DNA of 64,000 nucleotides, taken from Pseudomonadota bacterium (lineage in GTDB: Bacteria > Bdellovibrionota > Bdellovibrionia > Bdellovibrionales > Bdellovibrionaceae). Shown here in pieces: positions 53,257-63,910 of this stretch (its first letter is position 1; each line of letters starts with the position of its first letter). The notes beneath the pieces were generated by a model. That model had not been told where the DNA came from and made no database searches. It saw nothing but the letters and a program-made list of their open reading frames with translations. The stretch covers positions 32,001-96,000 of the forward strand of contig JBEGVH010000021.1 of assembly GCA_041178425.1 (NCBI GenBank), written 5' to 3'. Both the position numbers and the translations under genes were made by a program.

Positions 53257-54711
53257 ATGCAGTTGCTCTTAGTTTCAATGGCTTTGACCTACATCATCGT
53301 CCTGTACTTTTTGTCGAACCCCATCAAGCATACTAAGAAATTCATGTGGCGTCGTTTTTGGAATTGGTTTCCCCTCGGCATGACCTATGCCTTCATGTAC
53401 ATGGGCCGATACAATCTGAATGTCGCCAAAATTGCTCTCGGCGACTTGATGACCAAAGAAGATTTTGGTTTTATTGGGGGCGTTGGATTTAGTGTTTATG
53501 CTATTGCCCTCTTTTTTATTGGCCCCGTCGTCGATCGTATCGGTGGCAAAAAAGGGATTCTCGTTGGTAGCTTGGGTTCGGCTCTTATGAACGCCTGCAT
53601 GGGAATCGTCCTCAATGCCTTTCTTAATAATCGCCTCCAGATTAGCATCGTGCCTGTTTTCTCCCTTATTTATGGCCTCAATATGTTCTTCCAAAGCTTT
53701 GGAGCAGTATCGACGATTAAGGTAAAGTCTTATTGGTTTCATGTACGCGAGCGAGGAACTTTTGGCGCCATTTTCGGCACCCTGATCTCCTTAGGCGTTT
53801 ATTTTGCTTTCGACTGGGGAGAGGCCATTGCTAACGCCGTTCAGTTGAACCACACAACCCATTCAAGCTCCGCCATCTACGGAGTCCTTAATTTACTGTT
53901 CTCTCTTGAAGGACGAACGGTTCCTGCGCTCTGGCTCATTTTCTACATCCCAGCGATGATTCTTGTTTTCTGGGCCTTTATCGACGTTATTCTATTAAAA
54001 GATTCACCAGATGAAGCTGGCTTTGGCACTCTTCACACTCATGACGCCTCCCATGGTGAGGGAGATAGAAAATACTCTTATCTCGAGCTCATGAAAAAAA
54101 TCTTCTCAAATAAAATCATTTGGATCATTGGTATTATCGAATTCACGTCGGGTATTTTAAGAAATGGTATTCTTCAGTGGTACAAAGTTTTCGCTAAAGA
54201 CACCGGCCTTGGCTTAGAACACATTACTAATAACTGGGGTTTCTGGAGTTGTGTCACCGGTATCGCTGGAGGATTTGCTGCTGGTTGGTTGAGTGATCAC
54301 CTTTTTCACTCGCGCAGAGCCCCTTCTGCCGGAATCATGCAATCGATTATGTTTTTATCCATCGGTGCCATGGCCATTTACCTCACGACTAATCCACTGA
54401 TCGTTGGCGTGGCTGCTGTCACTGTTATTATGGCCGTTATTGGAGTTCACTCAATCATGTCGGGAACCGCCACTGCTGACTTTGGCGGCAAAAAAGCGTC
54501 GGCGACGGCAACTGGAATTGCTGATGCCTTTTCTTACTTAGGAAGTGCGGTTCAGTCTTTTGCTCTTGGAATGCTGACCACTCAGAGTTGGACTTATTGG
54601 CCCCTCTTTTTATTACCCTTCACAGTTTTAGGGCTCGTTTTTGCGATCAAAATGTGGAGAGAAATTCCCGAAGCCACAAAACACTATATGGCTAACGCTG
54701 CAAAAAAATAG
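53257..54711 (+). CDS. MFS transporter, organophosphate:Pi antiporter (GlpT/UhpC-like)
   Basis: YMGRYNL, GPVVDRIGGK, WFHVRERG, LKDSP, GWLSD, ATATGIAD. Confidence 0.8.
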   Translation: MQLLLVSMALTYIIVLYFLSNPIKHTKKFMWRRFWNWFPLGMTYAFMYMGRYNLNVAKIALGDLMTKEDFGFIGGVGFSVYAIALFFIGPVVDRIGGKKGILVGSLGSALMNACMGIVLNAFLNNRLQISIVPVFSLIYGLNMFFQSFGAVSTIKVKSYWFHVRERGTFGAIFGTLISLGVYFAFDWGEAIANAVQLNHTTHSSSAIYGVLNLLFSLEGRTVPALWLIFYIPAMILVFWAFIDVILLKDSPDEAGFGTLHTHDASHGEGDRKYSYLELMKKIFSNKIIWIIGIIEFTSGILRNGILQWYKVFAKDTGLGLEHITNNWGFWSCVTGIAGGFAAGWLSDHLFHSRRAPSAGIMQSIMFLSIGAMAIYLTTNPLIVGVAAVTVIMAVIGVHSIMSGTATADFGGKKASATATGIADAFSYLGSAVQSFALGMLTTQSWTYWPLFLLPFTVLGLVFAIKMWREIPEATKHYMANAAKK

Positions 54712-54718
54712 CAATCAC

Positions 54719-55171
54719 CTACTGATTGATAATCAGGGCATGTTGGCTAGCCGTTGCCAGTAACTTGCCCTCTTTATTTTTGACCTCCGCTCTTAGCACT
54801 AAGAGCGTTTTGGTCATTGAAATCACTTCACCATGAATATCAATATATTCATCACGCGCCACAAATGGACGAATGTAGCTCGTGCTCATTTCAATGGTTG
54901 AAGCTGGTCGCTGGGCCGCCATATAACTGAGAGGACCAAGCACATTATCAATTGCCGCCGCCATGAATCCGCCCTGAAAGGCAAAAAGAGGATTCGTAAA
55001 CTTTAGGTCAAAAAAAACTCTGGCCGTCAGAGATTTTCCCCAATCAAAAGCAGTAAATTCCGTTTTTAAAGTATCAAAGGCCGGAGGTGGCAATTGAATT
55101 TTTCCTCCAGAAGCTTCAAATGCGGCCTTCATTGTGGTCAATTTCTCAGAAATTTGCTCTTGAACACTCAT
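54719..55171 (-). CDS. PaaI family thioesterase (hotdog fold)
   Basis: TNPLFAFQGG, AAIDN, TIEMSTSYIRP, EGKLLATA. Confidence 0.85.
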   Translation of the reverse strand: MSVQEQISEKLTTMKAAFEASGGKIQLPPPAFDTLKTEFTAFDWGKSLTARVFFDLKFTNPLFAFQGGFMAAAIDNVLGPLSYMAAQRPASTIEMSTSYIRPFVARDEYIDIHGEVISMTKTLLVLRAEVKNKEGKLLATASQHALIINQ

Positions 55172-55463
55172 TTCGTCCTCCTTGAAACTTTACATCCCCT
55201 TAAGACTGCCACCTTTAGAGTCATCTCTCAATAAAACCTTACTCACAAAGAACCTACTTTTTTTCGCCGACAAAAGTTGGCATAAAATTGAAAGAATCCC
55301 TGTTATTTCAGAGAGATCGAGACCACATGCTTTATGCCTTAGGCCTCATAATTGCTAACTTCATAAGCAAGGAGCGGCATCGCGTATAGATTTTTATTTT
55401 GATCTACCCTAGGGTGATTTTCGCAGCTTAACCTAATTAATGCTAACTCTTGGAGGCCCAACA

Positions 55464-55913
55464 GTGAAAAGCCTAATGATCGCATCTGACCACGGTGGAT
55501 GGGAGTTAAAAGAAAAAATTAAATCCCATTTTCCTGAAATTCAGTGGATCGACTATGGCCCGTCAACTGAGTCTCAGTCCGTTGATTACCCGGACTTTGC
55601 CGACCTCGTTTGTACCAAAATCAAATCAGACCTTGATGCACCACAGGCCATTCTCGTTTGCGGATCTGGTCAAGGAATGGCGATGAGAGCCAATAAGTAC
55701 AACCAAGTTCGAGCGGCCCTCGTTTGGAACGAAGAGAGCACACGACTCGCTCGTGAACATAATAATGCCAATATTTTGTGCCTAGGGGGTCGCCTTCTTG
55801 ATTTTAAGACGGCCCTTGCTTGCGTGAAATTGTTTATCGATACGCCTTTCGCTGGCGGACGCCATCAAAACAGAATTGATAAACTCCATAAACTCATCAC
55901 ACCAACTTGCTAA
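55464..55913 (+). CDS. rpiB: ribose-5-phosphate isomerase B
   Basis: [35 protein letters not shown] start after GGAGG. Confidence 0.95.
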   Translation: MKSLMIASDHGGWELKEKIKSHFPEIQWIDYGPSTESQSVDYPDFADLVCTKIKSDLDAPQAILVCGSGQGMAMRANKYNQVRAALVWNEESTRLAREHNNANILCLGGRLLDFKTALACVKLFIDTPFAGGRHQNRIDKLHKLITPTC

Positions 55914-55932
55914 TCATCACAAGGAGAACATC

Positions 55933-57192
55933 ATGACTCAATTAGAAACCCCTACTCTAAAAATTACTGATCCTGAAATTGCGTCTATCATCTCTAAAGA
56001 ACTTCAGCGCCAACAAACGGGCCTTGAAATGATCGCTTCAGAAAATTACGCCTCTATTTCGGTGATGGAAACGCAAGGTTCAATCCTTACAAACAAATAC
56101 GCAGAAGGCTATCCCAACAAACGTTACTACGGTGGCTGTGAGTTTGTTGACCAAGCAGAATCACTGGCGATTGAGCGTGCTAAAAAACTATTTGGAGTTG
56201 AAGCGGCAAACGTTCAACCTCACTCTGGTAGCCAGGCCAATATGGCTGTTTACCTCGCTGCCTGCGAACCGGGAGACACCATTCTTGGAATGGATCTTTC
56301 TCACGGTGGCCATCTCACACACGGATCTCCTGTGAACTTTAGCGGCCTTCTTTACAAGGCTGCGAGCTACGGCCTCGACCCTGCAACAGGCCGACTCAAC
56401 TATGATTCCATTCGTGAAATCGCGAAAGAAAAAAAACCAAAAATGATTATCGCTGGATATAGTGCTTATCCACGACTACTTGATTTTGCTGCTTTTCGCT
56501 CTATCGCCGACGAGGTTGGAGCGGCTCTTCTGGTTGATATGGCCCACTTTGCAGGATTGGTGGCTTCAGGTCATCACCCTTCACCGGTACCTTATGCAGA
56601 CTATATCACTTCGACGACCCATAAGACGCTCCGTGGGCCTCGAGGTGGAATGATTTTAGCCAACAACGAGAAAATTAAAAAAATTAATTCTCGAATCTTC
56701 CCTGGAATTCAGGGCGGCCCACTCGAACATGTTATTGCGGCAAAGGCCGTTGCTTTTGGCGAAGCTTTACAGCCCAACTTTAAATCGTATCAAGAACAAG
56801 TTTTGAAAAATGCTAAAACTTTGGCTGAAGAACTAATGAAGCATGGTTTTGATCTGGTAACAGGTGGAACAGAAAACCACCTATTACTCCTAGACCTAAG
56901 CAATAGAGAAGTGACCGGTAAGGATGCTGAAACAGCCCTTGATCATGCGGGCATCACAGTAAATAAAAATACTGTACCAAATGAAAAGCGAAGTCCCTTC
57001 GTGACGAGTGGTGTGCGCATCGGCACTCCTGCCCTAACAACGAGAGGAATGTCCGAAAAAGAAATGGTATTGATTGCTCAATGGATTGCAAAAGTTTTGA
57101 ATGAGCCTTCTAACACAACTTTGCTTTCCAAAATCAGGGCCGAAGTCCAGGAAATGTGCCGAGCTTTTCCAATTTATGGGAATTTTAGGTAA
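55933..57192 (+). CDS. glyA: serine hydroxymethyltransferase
   Basis: [44 protein letters not shown] before ATG 55933. Confidence 0.98.
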   Translation: MTQLETPTLKITDPEIASIISKELQRQQTGLEMIASENYASISVMETQGSILTNKYAEGYPNKRYYGGCEFVDQAESLAIERAKKLFGVEAANVQPHSGSQANMAVYLAACEPGDTILGMDLSHGGHLTHGSPVNFSGLLYKAASYGLDPATGRLNYDSIREIAKEKKPKMIIAGYSAYPRLLDFAAFRSIADEVGAALLVDMAHFAGLVASGHHPSPVPYADYITSTTHKTLRGPRGGMILANNEKIKKINSRIFPGIQGGPLEHVIAAKAVAFGEALQPNFKSYQEQVLKNAKTLAEELMKHGFDLVTGGTENHLLLLDLSNREVTGKDAETALDHAGITVNKNTVPNEKRSPFVTSGVRIGTPALTTRGMSEKEMVLIAQWIAKVLNEPSNTTLLSKIRAEVQEMCRAFPIYGNFR

Positions 57193-57202
57193 GATGGAGA
57201 TC

Positions 57203-57811
57203 ATGACATTGCTTCATAAAGTCAAAAAAATCTCTTTGCTAAGCCTATCTTTGCTGGTCTTTTCAGCATTGATTGGCTGTACTTCCGTTGACCTTCCTGG
57301 TTTTAATGGCCCGTCTGAACTTCAGTTCAATCCGCTTCCCAAAGAGCTTGCGGCCTACAGCGACAACGAAAGTGCACTTGGCTTTGTATCGCCCCTCGAA
57401 TTGAAATTTGATTTTGATTGGCCCGTTGATCAGGCTCGGCTCACGCGAGGATTTATGCCTCACGCAAACCCACGGCCGCACCTCGGACTTGATCTAGCGG
57501 CCGCGCGAGGAACACCTATTTTTGCTTCGCATGGTGGCCATGTGATTTATGCAGGTTCTGGTTTTAAAGGCTACGGTCGGTTTGTCATTGTGGAATTTGG
57601 TGATCGGTGGGCAACTTTTTACGGTCACCTTGATCGAATCCTCGTTCAACAAGGTCAATCCATTAAAAAAGGCCAAATTATTGGCCGAATGGGACGGACT
57701 GGTAGAGCCACGGGCAATCATCTCCACTTCGAACTCCGCCGAGACCGAAAAGCCCTTGATCCAATCGCCTTTTTGCCGCTCGCGAGTGAATGGGTTTCAA
57801 AGAAAAACTAA
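57203..57811 (+). CDS. M23 family metallopeptidase lipoprotein
   Basis: Lipobox LIGC, HLGLD, YGHL, HLHFE. Confidence 0.88.
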   Translation: MTLLHKVKKISLLSLSLLVFSALIGCTSVDLPGFNGPSELQFNPLPKELAAYSDNESALGFVSPLELKFDFDWPVDQARLTRGFMPHANPRPHLGLDLAAARGTPIFASHGGHVIYAGSGFKGYGRFVIVEFGDRWATFYGHLDRILVQQGQSIKKGQIIGRMGRTGRATGNHLHFELRRDRKALDPIAFLPLASEWVSKKN

Positions 57812-57814
57812 GAC

Positions 57815-57850
57815 AAAAAAAAGGGCAACCCCATTGAGTCGCCCTTTTTT
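57815..57850. terminator. bidirectional intrinsic terminator
   Basis: A-tract, GGGCAACCC...GAGTCGCCC stem, then T-tract, between convergent genes. Confidence 0.8.
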
Positions 57851-57877
57851 ATTTTTACAAAAACCAATTCTATAATT

Positions 57878-58744
57878 CTAAAATCTGAGAGCTGCACCAG
57901 CAGTCAACATGATTTCTTTATCATCGAGAAACGAAAATTCTATGTTCTGATTGTTCTTAGCCGAGTTGTGAAGGTGTCTTTCTCTCGCCACAGAAACATC
58001 AAGATCAAGTGTTTTCAATGGAGAATAGCTCATACCTAACCCCAGGGCTGCAACTTCGCCCAACTTGGGTAAGTAAGCCTCTGTTGCTAAACGAACTTTA
58101 TGATCAAGAAAACCATAGCTAGAAAGCGCGTTCGTGTGTGAGTAACGAAGTTCGGTATAGATTTGATTTCTTATTACATCAGAGATGCCATTTTTAGCAT
58201 TCCATACAGGAACTAACTTAACACCTGAACTCACTTTTTCGGAAAGATCGTAATTAAGCACAACTTCTGCGCCAAGGCCAAAGGCCTGTTTAGATTCAAT
58301 AGAGCGCTGACTCGTGGGAAGATTAAACATGTATTTAACAGGTGTTTTTTCGGTTCCCAAAATTCCATCATAGGTGGTTGCTGCAGAAAGACTCAGATCA
58401 AAAAATTCGGGCTTTTGAGTTGATTGCTCCCCACCGTTACCCACAAAAACATATCTTTGGGTAAGAGTTGCTGCCAGTTTCAGCTTATCATCGTGTTTAT
58501 AAGCAAGACTCATCACGTTTACGGTTTCAGCCCCACCACTGGTTCTCAAGGCTTGCACGCTATTCGCGGTCTCATTGGCCAATGTTAAACTGATTTTATT
58601 TGCCTTGCTCGGCAATGCAGAAGCTGCCGGTGTTGTGCTAGTTGCCGTTGCTGCGCTCTGAGCTCGAGCAGATATACCACCTAAGCTGATCACCATTGTC
58701 ACAGCATTCAATAAGAGACGACTGCCCCCTTGAGACCTTTTCAT
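57878..58744 (-). CDS. hypothetical exported protein, probable outer-membrane beta-barrel
   Basis: Signal peptide, Ala/Thr linker, amphipathic strands, C-terminal Phe (AALRF). Confidence 0.65.
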   Translation of the reverse strand: MKRSQGGSRLLLNAVTMVISLGGISARAQSAATATSTTPAASALPSKANKISLTLANETANSVQALRTSGGAETVNVMSLAYKHDDKLKLAATLTQRYVFVGNGGEQSTQKPEFFDLSLSAATTYDGILGTEKTPVKYMFNLPTSQRSIESKQAFGLGAEVVLNYDLSEKVSSGVKLVPVWNAKNGISDVIRNQIYTELRYSHTNALSSYGFLDHKVRLATEAYLPKLGEVAALGLGMSYSPLKTLDLDVSVARERHLHNSAKNNQNIEFSFLDDKEIMLTAGAALRF

Positions 58745-58960
58745 TTTTCCCCCTTAAGCGACCCAAAAATTCAGGCCGTTCGTCGGAACCTAATCGAAGT
58801 GACAATTGTTGTAAACAACAAGGAAATTACTTCATAACTTTTTTTCTTGTTGTACAATCAAGAGAGGCTTCCTCGGAGTCAAAACGATCCCAGTTTTAGG
58901 TATTGGTATCCCTTTGATCCCGGGCGAATAGTCACGATCGTTTAAATATTAGAGGTACCT

Positions 58961-60088
58961 ATGAAAGCGCTTGTATTATCAGGAGGAGGAGCTCGCGGAG
59001 CCTATCAGGCGGGTGTTCTCAATGCTACTTCAGAGATTGCCTCTCGACTTGGTCAAAAGCGACCTTTCGACATTTTTGTGGGCAATAGTGCTGGAGCAAT
59101 TAATGCTTCATTTTTAGCCTCGCAAGCCGACAATTTTATTCAAGCAACAGAAAGTCTAGCCAACCTGTGGAGCACTCTTGGTGCAGATCAGGTTTTTCGT
59201 TCAGATGCACTTTCTTTAGGAAAGATTGGTTTTAAATGGGTCAGGGATCTGCCTTTGGGTGGATTAACAGGATTTTCACCAGGCCCTTCTCTTTTGGATA
59301 CAGCTCCCTTGCGTGAACTTCTGCAAAACAATCTCGACTTCCCTAAAATTCAGAGCAACATCACCAACGGCACCCTCAAGGCTCTCGCCGTAACGGCCGT
59401 TGATTACCAAACTTCCATGGCTACTACTTTTATTCAGAGCGCTGGCCTCCAGCCTTCGTGGGTTCGATCAAAGCGTTACTCAGAACCAGCCATCATCCAT
59501 ACCGATCATATTATGGCGTCTGCGGCTATTCCCCTGCTCTTCCCGCCTATTGAAGTAAATGGTCGCTACTACGGAGATGGATGTCTCCGAAATCATGCCC
59601 CCCTGAGTCCGGCCATTCACTTAGGAGCTGATAAACTTCTCGTTGTCGGTGTTCGTCGTCAATCCGAATTTCAAATTCCAAAAATACAAAACCAATTAAA
59701 ACAACCAACTCTCGGCCGAGTTATTAATACCCTACTCAATGCTGTTCTCCTAGATGGCATCGAGTTAGATGTTGATCGACTAAAAAAAATAAACGAATTC
59801 ATGGGTCAAATACCCACCGAGCTTCATCGTCAATTAAACTTTCGAAAACTTGATTTTGTTTGGGTTCATCCAAGCATCGATATCGGCCAATTGGCCTACG
59901 ATCACGCTCATCGTCTCCCTCCGTTCATTCGCTATTTACTGAGGGGCCTTGGGTCAAGCGACGACTCAAAGGAGACCATCAGCTATTTGCTTTTTGATCC
60001 AACCTTCTGTGAAAAACTGATGGAAGCAGGATACGAAGATGCCATGAAGAAAAAGGAAGAAATTGAGATTCTCCTATCGAATAGTTAG
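58961..60088 (+). CDS. patatin-like phospholipase
   Basis: LSGGGARGAYQAG, GNSAG nucleophile, ASAAIP, DG. Confidence 0.92.
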   Translation: MKALVLSGGGARGAYQAGVLNATSEIASRLGQKRPFDIFVGNSAGAINASFLASQADNFIQATESLANLWSTLGADQVFRSDALSLGKIGFKWVRDLPLGGLTGFSPGPSLLDTAPLRELLQNNLDFPKIQSNITNGTLKALAVTAVDYQTSMATTFIQSAGLQPSWVRSKRYSEPAIIHTDHIMASAAIPLLFPPIEVNGRYYGDGCLRNHAPLSPAIHLGADKLLVVGVRRQSEFQIPKIQNQLKQPTLGRVINTLLNAVLLDGIELDVDRLKKINEFMGQIPTELHRQLNFRKLDFVWVHPSIDIGQLAYDHAHRLPPFIRYLLRGLGSSDDSKETISYLLFDPTFCEKLMEAGYEDAMKKKEEIEILLSNS

Positions 60089-60130
60089 AAGAGATAAAAA
60101 GGTTGATACTGAAGGAACTAAAATCAGAAT

Positions 60131-60475
60131 TTATTTCGCTTTTGCGTCGACATAAATTTCAAATTTGATTTCAATCGTCGACTTTCCAAGCATCAAAAGC
60201 TGCCCCTTTGAGTAAGGAACTTCCACATTTGCGGGCAACACATCGCCACTAAGTTTAGAGCCATTTGAAGTGCCAAGATCCATCACCATTATTTCGCCAT
60301 TTCGAAACGTCACCACCAAATGATTACGGCTGATACTATTATCAGGCAAAGTTAGAACATGATTTAAACCCCTGCCAATAGTCACTCGCTTGTCATACAC
60401 TGGAATCGGCGGAACTCCCGTATCGCTGCTGAGATGAATGATATACAGTGGCTTCTTTTTAAAAAAACTAAACAC
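60131..60475 (-). CDS. stand-alone FHA domain protein
   Basis: IGR, ISRNH, DLGTSNG. AAGAGG RBS and GTG start. Confidence 0.88.
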   Translation of the reverse strand: MFSFFKKKPLYIIHLSSDTGVPPIPVYDKRVTIGRGLNHVLTLPDNSISRNHLVVTFRNGEIMVMDLGTSNGSKLSGDVLPANVEVPYSKGQLLMLGKSTIEIKFEIYVDAKAK

Positions 60476-60549
60476 GCCCTCTTCCTTGCTGTGCTTCCAT
60501 CTTCTCAGCGTCGACCTCCAAAAACAATCTCAAATGATTCCCGCCAGTC

Positions 60550-60724
60550 TTGGTCCTTTCACTCCCCCTCGACCTTGACCCTGGGCCTTGGGGTTGCCGC
60601 TTGATCGGGATCGCCAGTAGGGAGCGAAGCTCCAGCGAGAGACTAAAAAGGGCACGTTGGGAAGAACTTTGATGGTCGTGTTCGACAACTTAGCTTCAGA
60701 GTTCAACAAATGATTCAGGACTAA
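60550..60724 (+). ncRNA. candidate rod-shaped structured RNA (6S-like size and shape; family not established)
   Basis: Nested helices found by eye along about 175 nt, with G-U pairs favouring the + strand. Lies between divergent genes. Confidence 0.4.
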
Positions 60725-60772
60725 CAGAAATAGGCCATTGAGGTGGCATTGTTTTTGTAGTGGAGAAGACCT

Positions 60773-61741
60773 ATGAAAGTTTGGGTTTTTGCGGCCTTAT
60801 CCCTAATTAGTTTTCTCCTCGCCTCTATTCAGGTTGGTGCCCAAACTCCGTTCCCCGAAATAGATCGTACCCAATTTGAACTTCAATACCATGTGATTAG
60901 TAATGATAGAGCCATCGGTGAAAAACTTGAGACTCTAGGAATTGATGATAAAGCCGAAATCGCAGCTTTTGATGTTGAAAAGACCAGCGAGGGCATTGAA
61001 GCAATTCCTCGCGCGAATGGCCTACTGAAAATAAAAAAGTGGGCAACCTCCCATGTTCGTTCCTTACACACAAGTTATTGTCTGATGAGGCTCGCATTTA
61101 ACTCGTCGGTGACTGGCTGGGTTCTTTATCGATTCTACGACCTCACTTATCTTCATCCGACATCGATTATTTCGGGCGCCGCTATGGCGGGAGCTCTCTC
61201 CCTCACCTTTATGGCGTACTCGATTCCTATGGATCGCTGGATTATGAAAAGTAAAGCCCTGTATGGGCAGTTTGCCCGGTTCACGCTGATCTCTGTACTG
61301 TATATGGCTGCGCTAAAGACGTCTTACCTTTCGACCGAGTTACTTATTCAAGGATCTGATTTTTTATCGGCCAATTTATTAAAGGCCGAACTCATGCAAA
61401 TGATAAAGGCTTTTGGAACCTCAGCGGCACCCATGTTTTTTGTTTTTTGGAACGCCTATCGTAAAGAAAATCGAGATGCAGCCATAGAAGCAACCAATAA
61501 ACCCCATGAACAAAAAGAGTTCGAACACGCCTATGAGCGAGTTATCTCTCAAACGGCTTCTTTCTTTGGCTCAATGACTACTAACACCGTTGGACTTCTT
61601 AGCAGCACCACCTCAATTGCTGCCTTTGATTTTGCAAGCTATGCTATAACCCTTGGCGCTGGTAGCCTCTTTTTAAAAGAGCACCGAGTTCGTAGTCGTA
61701 GAATGAAAACTTGTCAGTTTGCCCTTCAAGGCCAACATTAA
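60773..61741 (+). CDS. hypothetical membrane protein
   Basis: 322-aa ORF with GGAG RBS, signal peptide and several hydrophobic segments. Confidence 0.7.
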   Translation: MKVWVFAALSLISFLLASIQVGAQTPFPEIDRTQFELQYHVISNDRAIGEKLETLGIDDKAEIAAFDVEKTSEGIEAIPRANGLLKIKKWATSHVRSLHTSYCLMRLAFNSSVTGWVLYRFYDLTYLHPTSIISGAAMAGALSLTFMAYSIPMDRWIMKSKALYGQFARFTLISVLYMAALKTSYLSTELLIQGSDFLSANLLKAELMQMIKAFGTSAAPMFFVFWNAYRKENRDAAIEATNKPHEQKEFEHAYERVISQTASFFGSMTTNTVGLLSSTTSIAAFDFASYAITLGAGSLFLKEHRVRSRRMKTCQFALQGQH

Positions 61742-61802
61742 TTTGACCCAAAAGAATTAAGAGATCTTGAGTTTACACTTTTAATGAATTCATACAAATT
61801 AC

Positions 61803-61849
61803 GAAAAAAGCGTTCGAAGCCGGTCATTCAATTCCCCGCCGGCTCCGAA
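61803..61849 (-). terminator. probable terminator downstream of asnB
   Basis: Minus strand reads TTCGGAGCCGG...CCGGCTTCGAA followed by CGCTTTTTT. Confidence 0.5.
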
Positions 61850-61863
61850 TATCTTTTTAATTA

Positions 61864-63891
61864 TTAGGGCATCACAGAATTGGGTTCTGCGATTGGTGTG
61901 ACCAAAGGTTGACTTCGCTGTGATTTATCACGTTGAAAGCGGAACGCCATGAGATCCTCAACGGAGCGAGGGATATGAAACCCCCGAGCTACCAGCAGTT
62001 GATCTGCGCGCAGATGTTCAACAATAACTCCTAAAGAGAACAAATGCATTCTCGTGGAATTTCGAAAGCCTTCGAGGGCCCATGTCACCGATGGTGGATG
62101 GCTCAAAAGACGATCAATGTTTACCCAATTTAGCCATGGCGTAGCGGCCTTCGCTACTTCGACATAATGTCGAATCGGCTCTTGATTCTCTCTTAAATAA
62201 AAATACTTTATTGGTGCAAAAAATGGATGTTTAGGTCTTTCGGCTATTTCTTTCGGAAAAAGCTTTGCAGCCACCTTCTTTAAAACATATTTTTCATTTA
62301 AACCTTTGATCAGTGTATTTGGATGAATACGACCCGCCACAGAAGTCACCTCTGGATCCATAAACGGGGTTCGCCCCTCAAGTGAATGACTCATTTCCTG
62401 GCGGTCTCCAACATTCGACAAAATATAATGAAGTAAGTCGACACGGTTGGCGAACCAGGTATTTAAATCCCAAGAACTACTACCAGGTCCGTACTCTGGC
62501 CACTCAGCGGCCATCATCTCGGATAATTCGGCGCACATTTTGTCTAGCCGAGGATACATCGAGTCTCCGGTCAAAAAGCGATAGGAACGGTGTTTAGAAA
62601 GACGCCCAAGAACGGCTGGTTGCTCCCCATAAAAGTACTTCTCAAAAAGAGCCTTGTTCACGGTCGAACGACCATCGAGGTGATTCATACTACGGCCCTT
62701 CTCTTCGGCCATAAAAGCCTCGAGCAGACGTCCACCCAACTGCGGATGCCGTTTGGTAAAATCTTGGATCTTTCTGATCCGCAGATAAGCATAACCTCCA
62801 AACCACTCATCAGCTCCCTCGCCGGAGAGAACAACCTTCACCTGCTGACTCGCCATTTGGCTCAAGAGGTTTTTCGCCGCACCATGCGGATTTGTCACAG
62901 GGTTTTCAAATGCCACAATCGACTGAATCAAACTCGGCAAAAAGTTTTTTCCTGTCATTTGGCAAACATGATGTTCGATTCCAAGATGGCTGGCAATTTT
63001 AGCGGCCACATCTTTTTCGTCAAAGTCGCGATCGGCAAACCCAACGGTAAATGCTTTTGGTTTAGCTCCGCATTCAACAGCCAAAGCCGTGGTAAGAGCA
63101 CTATCAACTCCCCCACTCAAATAACAACCGACTTCAACATCAGCCACCAAACGACGTCTGACCGATTCTCTGAGGGCCTCATAGGTGGCTTCAACCGCCT
63201 CTTCACCACGGAGAGTTCTCTGCTCCCCCAAAGGAAGGGGATCAATCAATACCCAGTTTAACTGTCGGCTCTCAATATCGAAGGTATAAACTCGTCCCGG
63301 AAGCACATGATAGCATCCCTCTAGCGAAGTCCCTCGCGGCATGAGAGTACGAGCCATGAAGGTCTTCACATACTCTTCACTCAACACAGGAGTCGCATCT
63401 TCAAGGGCTTTTACTTCACTCGAGAGAGTCAAACTATCCTCGGTCTTTCGATAAAAAAGCGGTTTAACGCCATGAGGATCACGAGCAAAATGAATTTGTT
63501 TTTTAACTGTGTCGTAGAAAATAAAGGACCATTCACCAGAGAGGCCCCTTAAAGCGGAGGGCCCCTTCACCGCAAAGAGATTCAGCAATACTTCGCTATC
63601 AGACTGAGTCTTGAAACCAACACCCAAGGCTCGCATTTCGTTGCGATGCGATTGGTAATCGTAGAGTTCTCCATTAACAATACCGATATATTTTTGATTG
63701 AAGCTTTCAAGGGGCTGACCACCACTCTTGAGGTCGATGATACTGAGCCGGGTATGCACCATCGCTACTCTTGCATCAGCGTACCAGCCATAGGAATCTG
63801 GCCCACGATGGGCCAACATTTTCACAGGAAAAATTAATTCTTCGAGATCGATATCTCGATTTGAGGTTACCCTCGTCCAAATACCACACAT
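61864..63891 (-). CDS. asnB: asparagine synthase (glutamine-hydrolysing)
   Basis: Ntn start MCGI at 63891 (GGAGG upstream), HRGPD, RLSIID, NGELY, YLSGGVDS, SGEGADE, EGRTPF. Confidence 0.92.
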   Translation of the reverse strand: MCGIWTRVTSNRDIDLEELIFPVKMLAHRGPDSYGWYADARVAMVHTRLSIIDLKSGGQPLESFNQKYIGIVNGELYDYQSHRNEMRALGVGFKTQSDSEVLLNLFAVKGPSALRGLSGEWSFIFYDTVKKQIHFARDPHGVKPLFYRKTEDSLTLSSEVKALEDATPVLSEEYVKTFMARTLMPRGTSLEGCYHVLPGRVYTFDIESRQLNWVLIDPLPLGEQRTLRGEEAVEATYEALRESVRRRLVADVEVGCYLSGGVDSALTTALAVECGAKPKAFTVGFADRDFDEKDVAAKIASHLGIEHHVCQMTGKNFLPSLIQSIVAFENPVTNPHGAAKNLLSQMASQQVKVVLSGEGADEWFGGYAYLRIRKIQDFTKRHPQLGGRLLEAFMAEEKGRSMNHLDGRSTVNKALFEKYFYGEQPAVLGRLSKHRSYRFLTGDSMYPRLDKMCAELSEMMAAEWPEYGPGSSSWDLNTWFANRVDLLHYILSNVGDRQEMSHSLEGRTPFMDPEVTSVAGRIHPNTLIKGLNEKYVLKKVAAKLFPKEIAERPKHPFFAPIKYFYLRENQEPIRHYVEVAKAATPWLNWVNIDRLLSHPPSVTWALEGFRNSTRMHLFSLGVIVEHLRADQLLVARGFHIPRSVEDLMAFRFQRDKSQRSQPLVTPIAEPNSVMP

Positions 63892-63910
63892 CTTCGCCCC
63901 CCCTCCGAGC

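Noticed and set aside
53009..53278. 89-aa minus-strand ORF next to the tRNA
   Set aside because: No recognisable motif, and it overlaps the start and likely promoter region of the MFS gene.
55246..55273. CAAA-N16-GCCGACAA possible sigma28 promoter upstream of rpiB
   Set aside because: A weaker match far from the start codon; I cannot distinguish it from chance.
55876..57202. Apparent long overlaps rpiB/glyA and glyA/M23 in the ORF track
   Set aside because: Downstream starts at 55933 and 57203 have good RBSs and remove the overlaps.
60550..60724. Hammerhead ribozyme, SRP RNA, T-box or cobalamin riboswitch identity for the rod-like region
   Set aside because: I did not find the core motifs of these families on either strand.
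62590..63261. 223-aa + strand ORF
   Set aside because: Antisense shadow of asnB with no family features.
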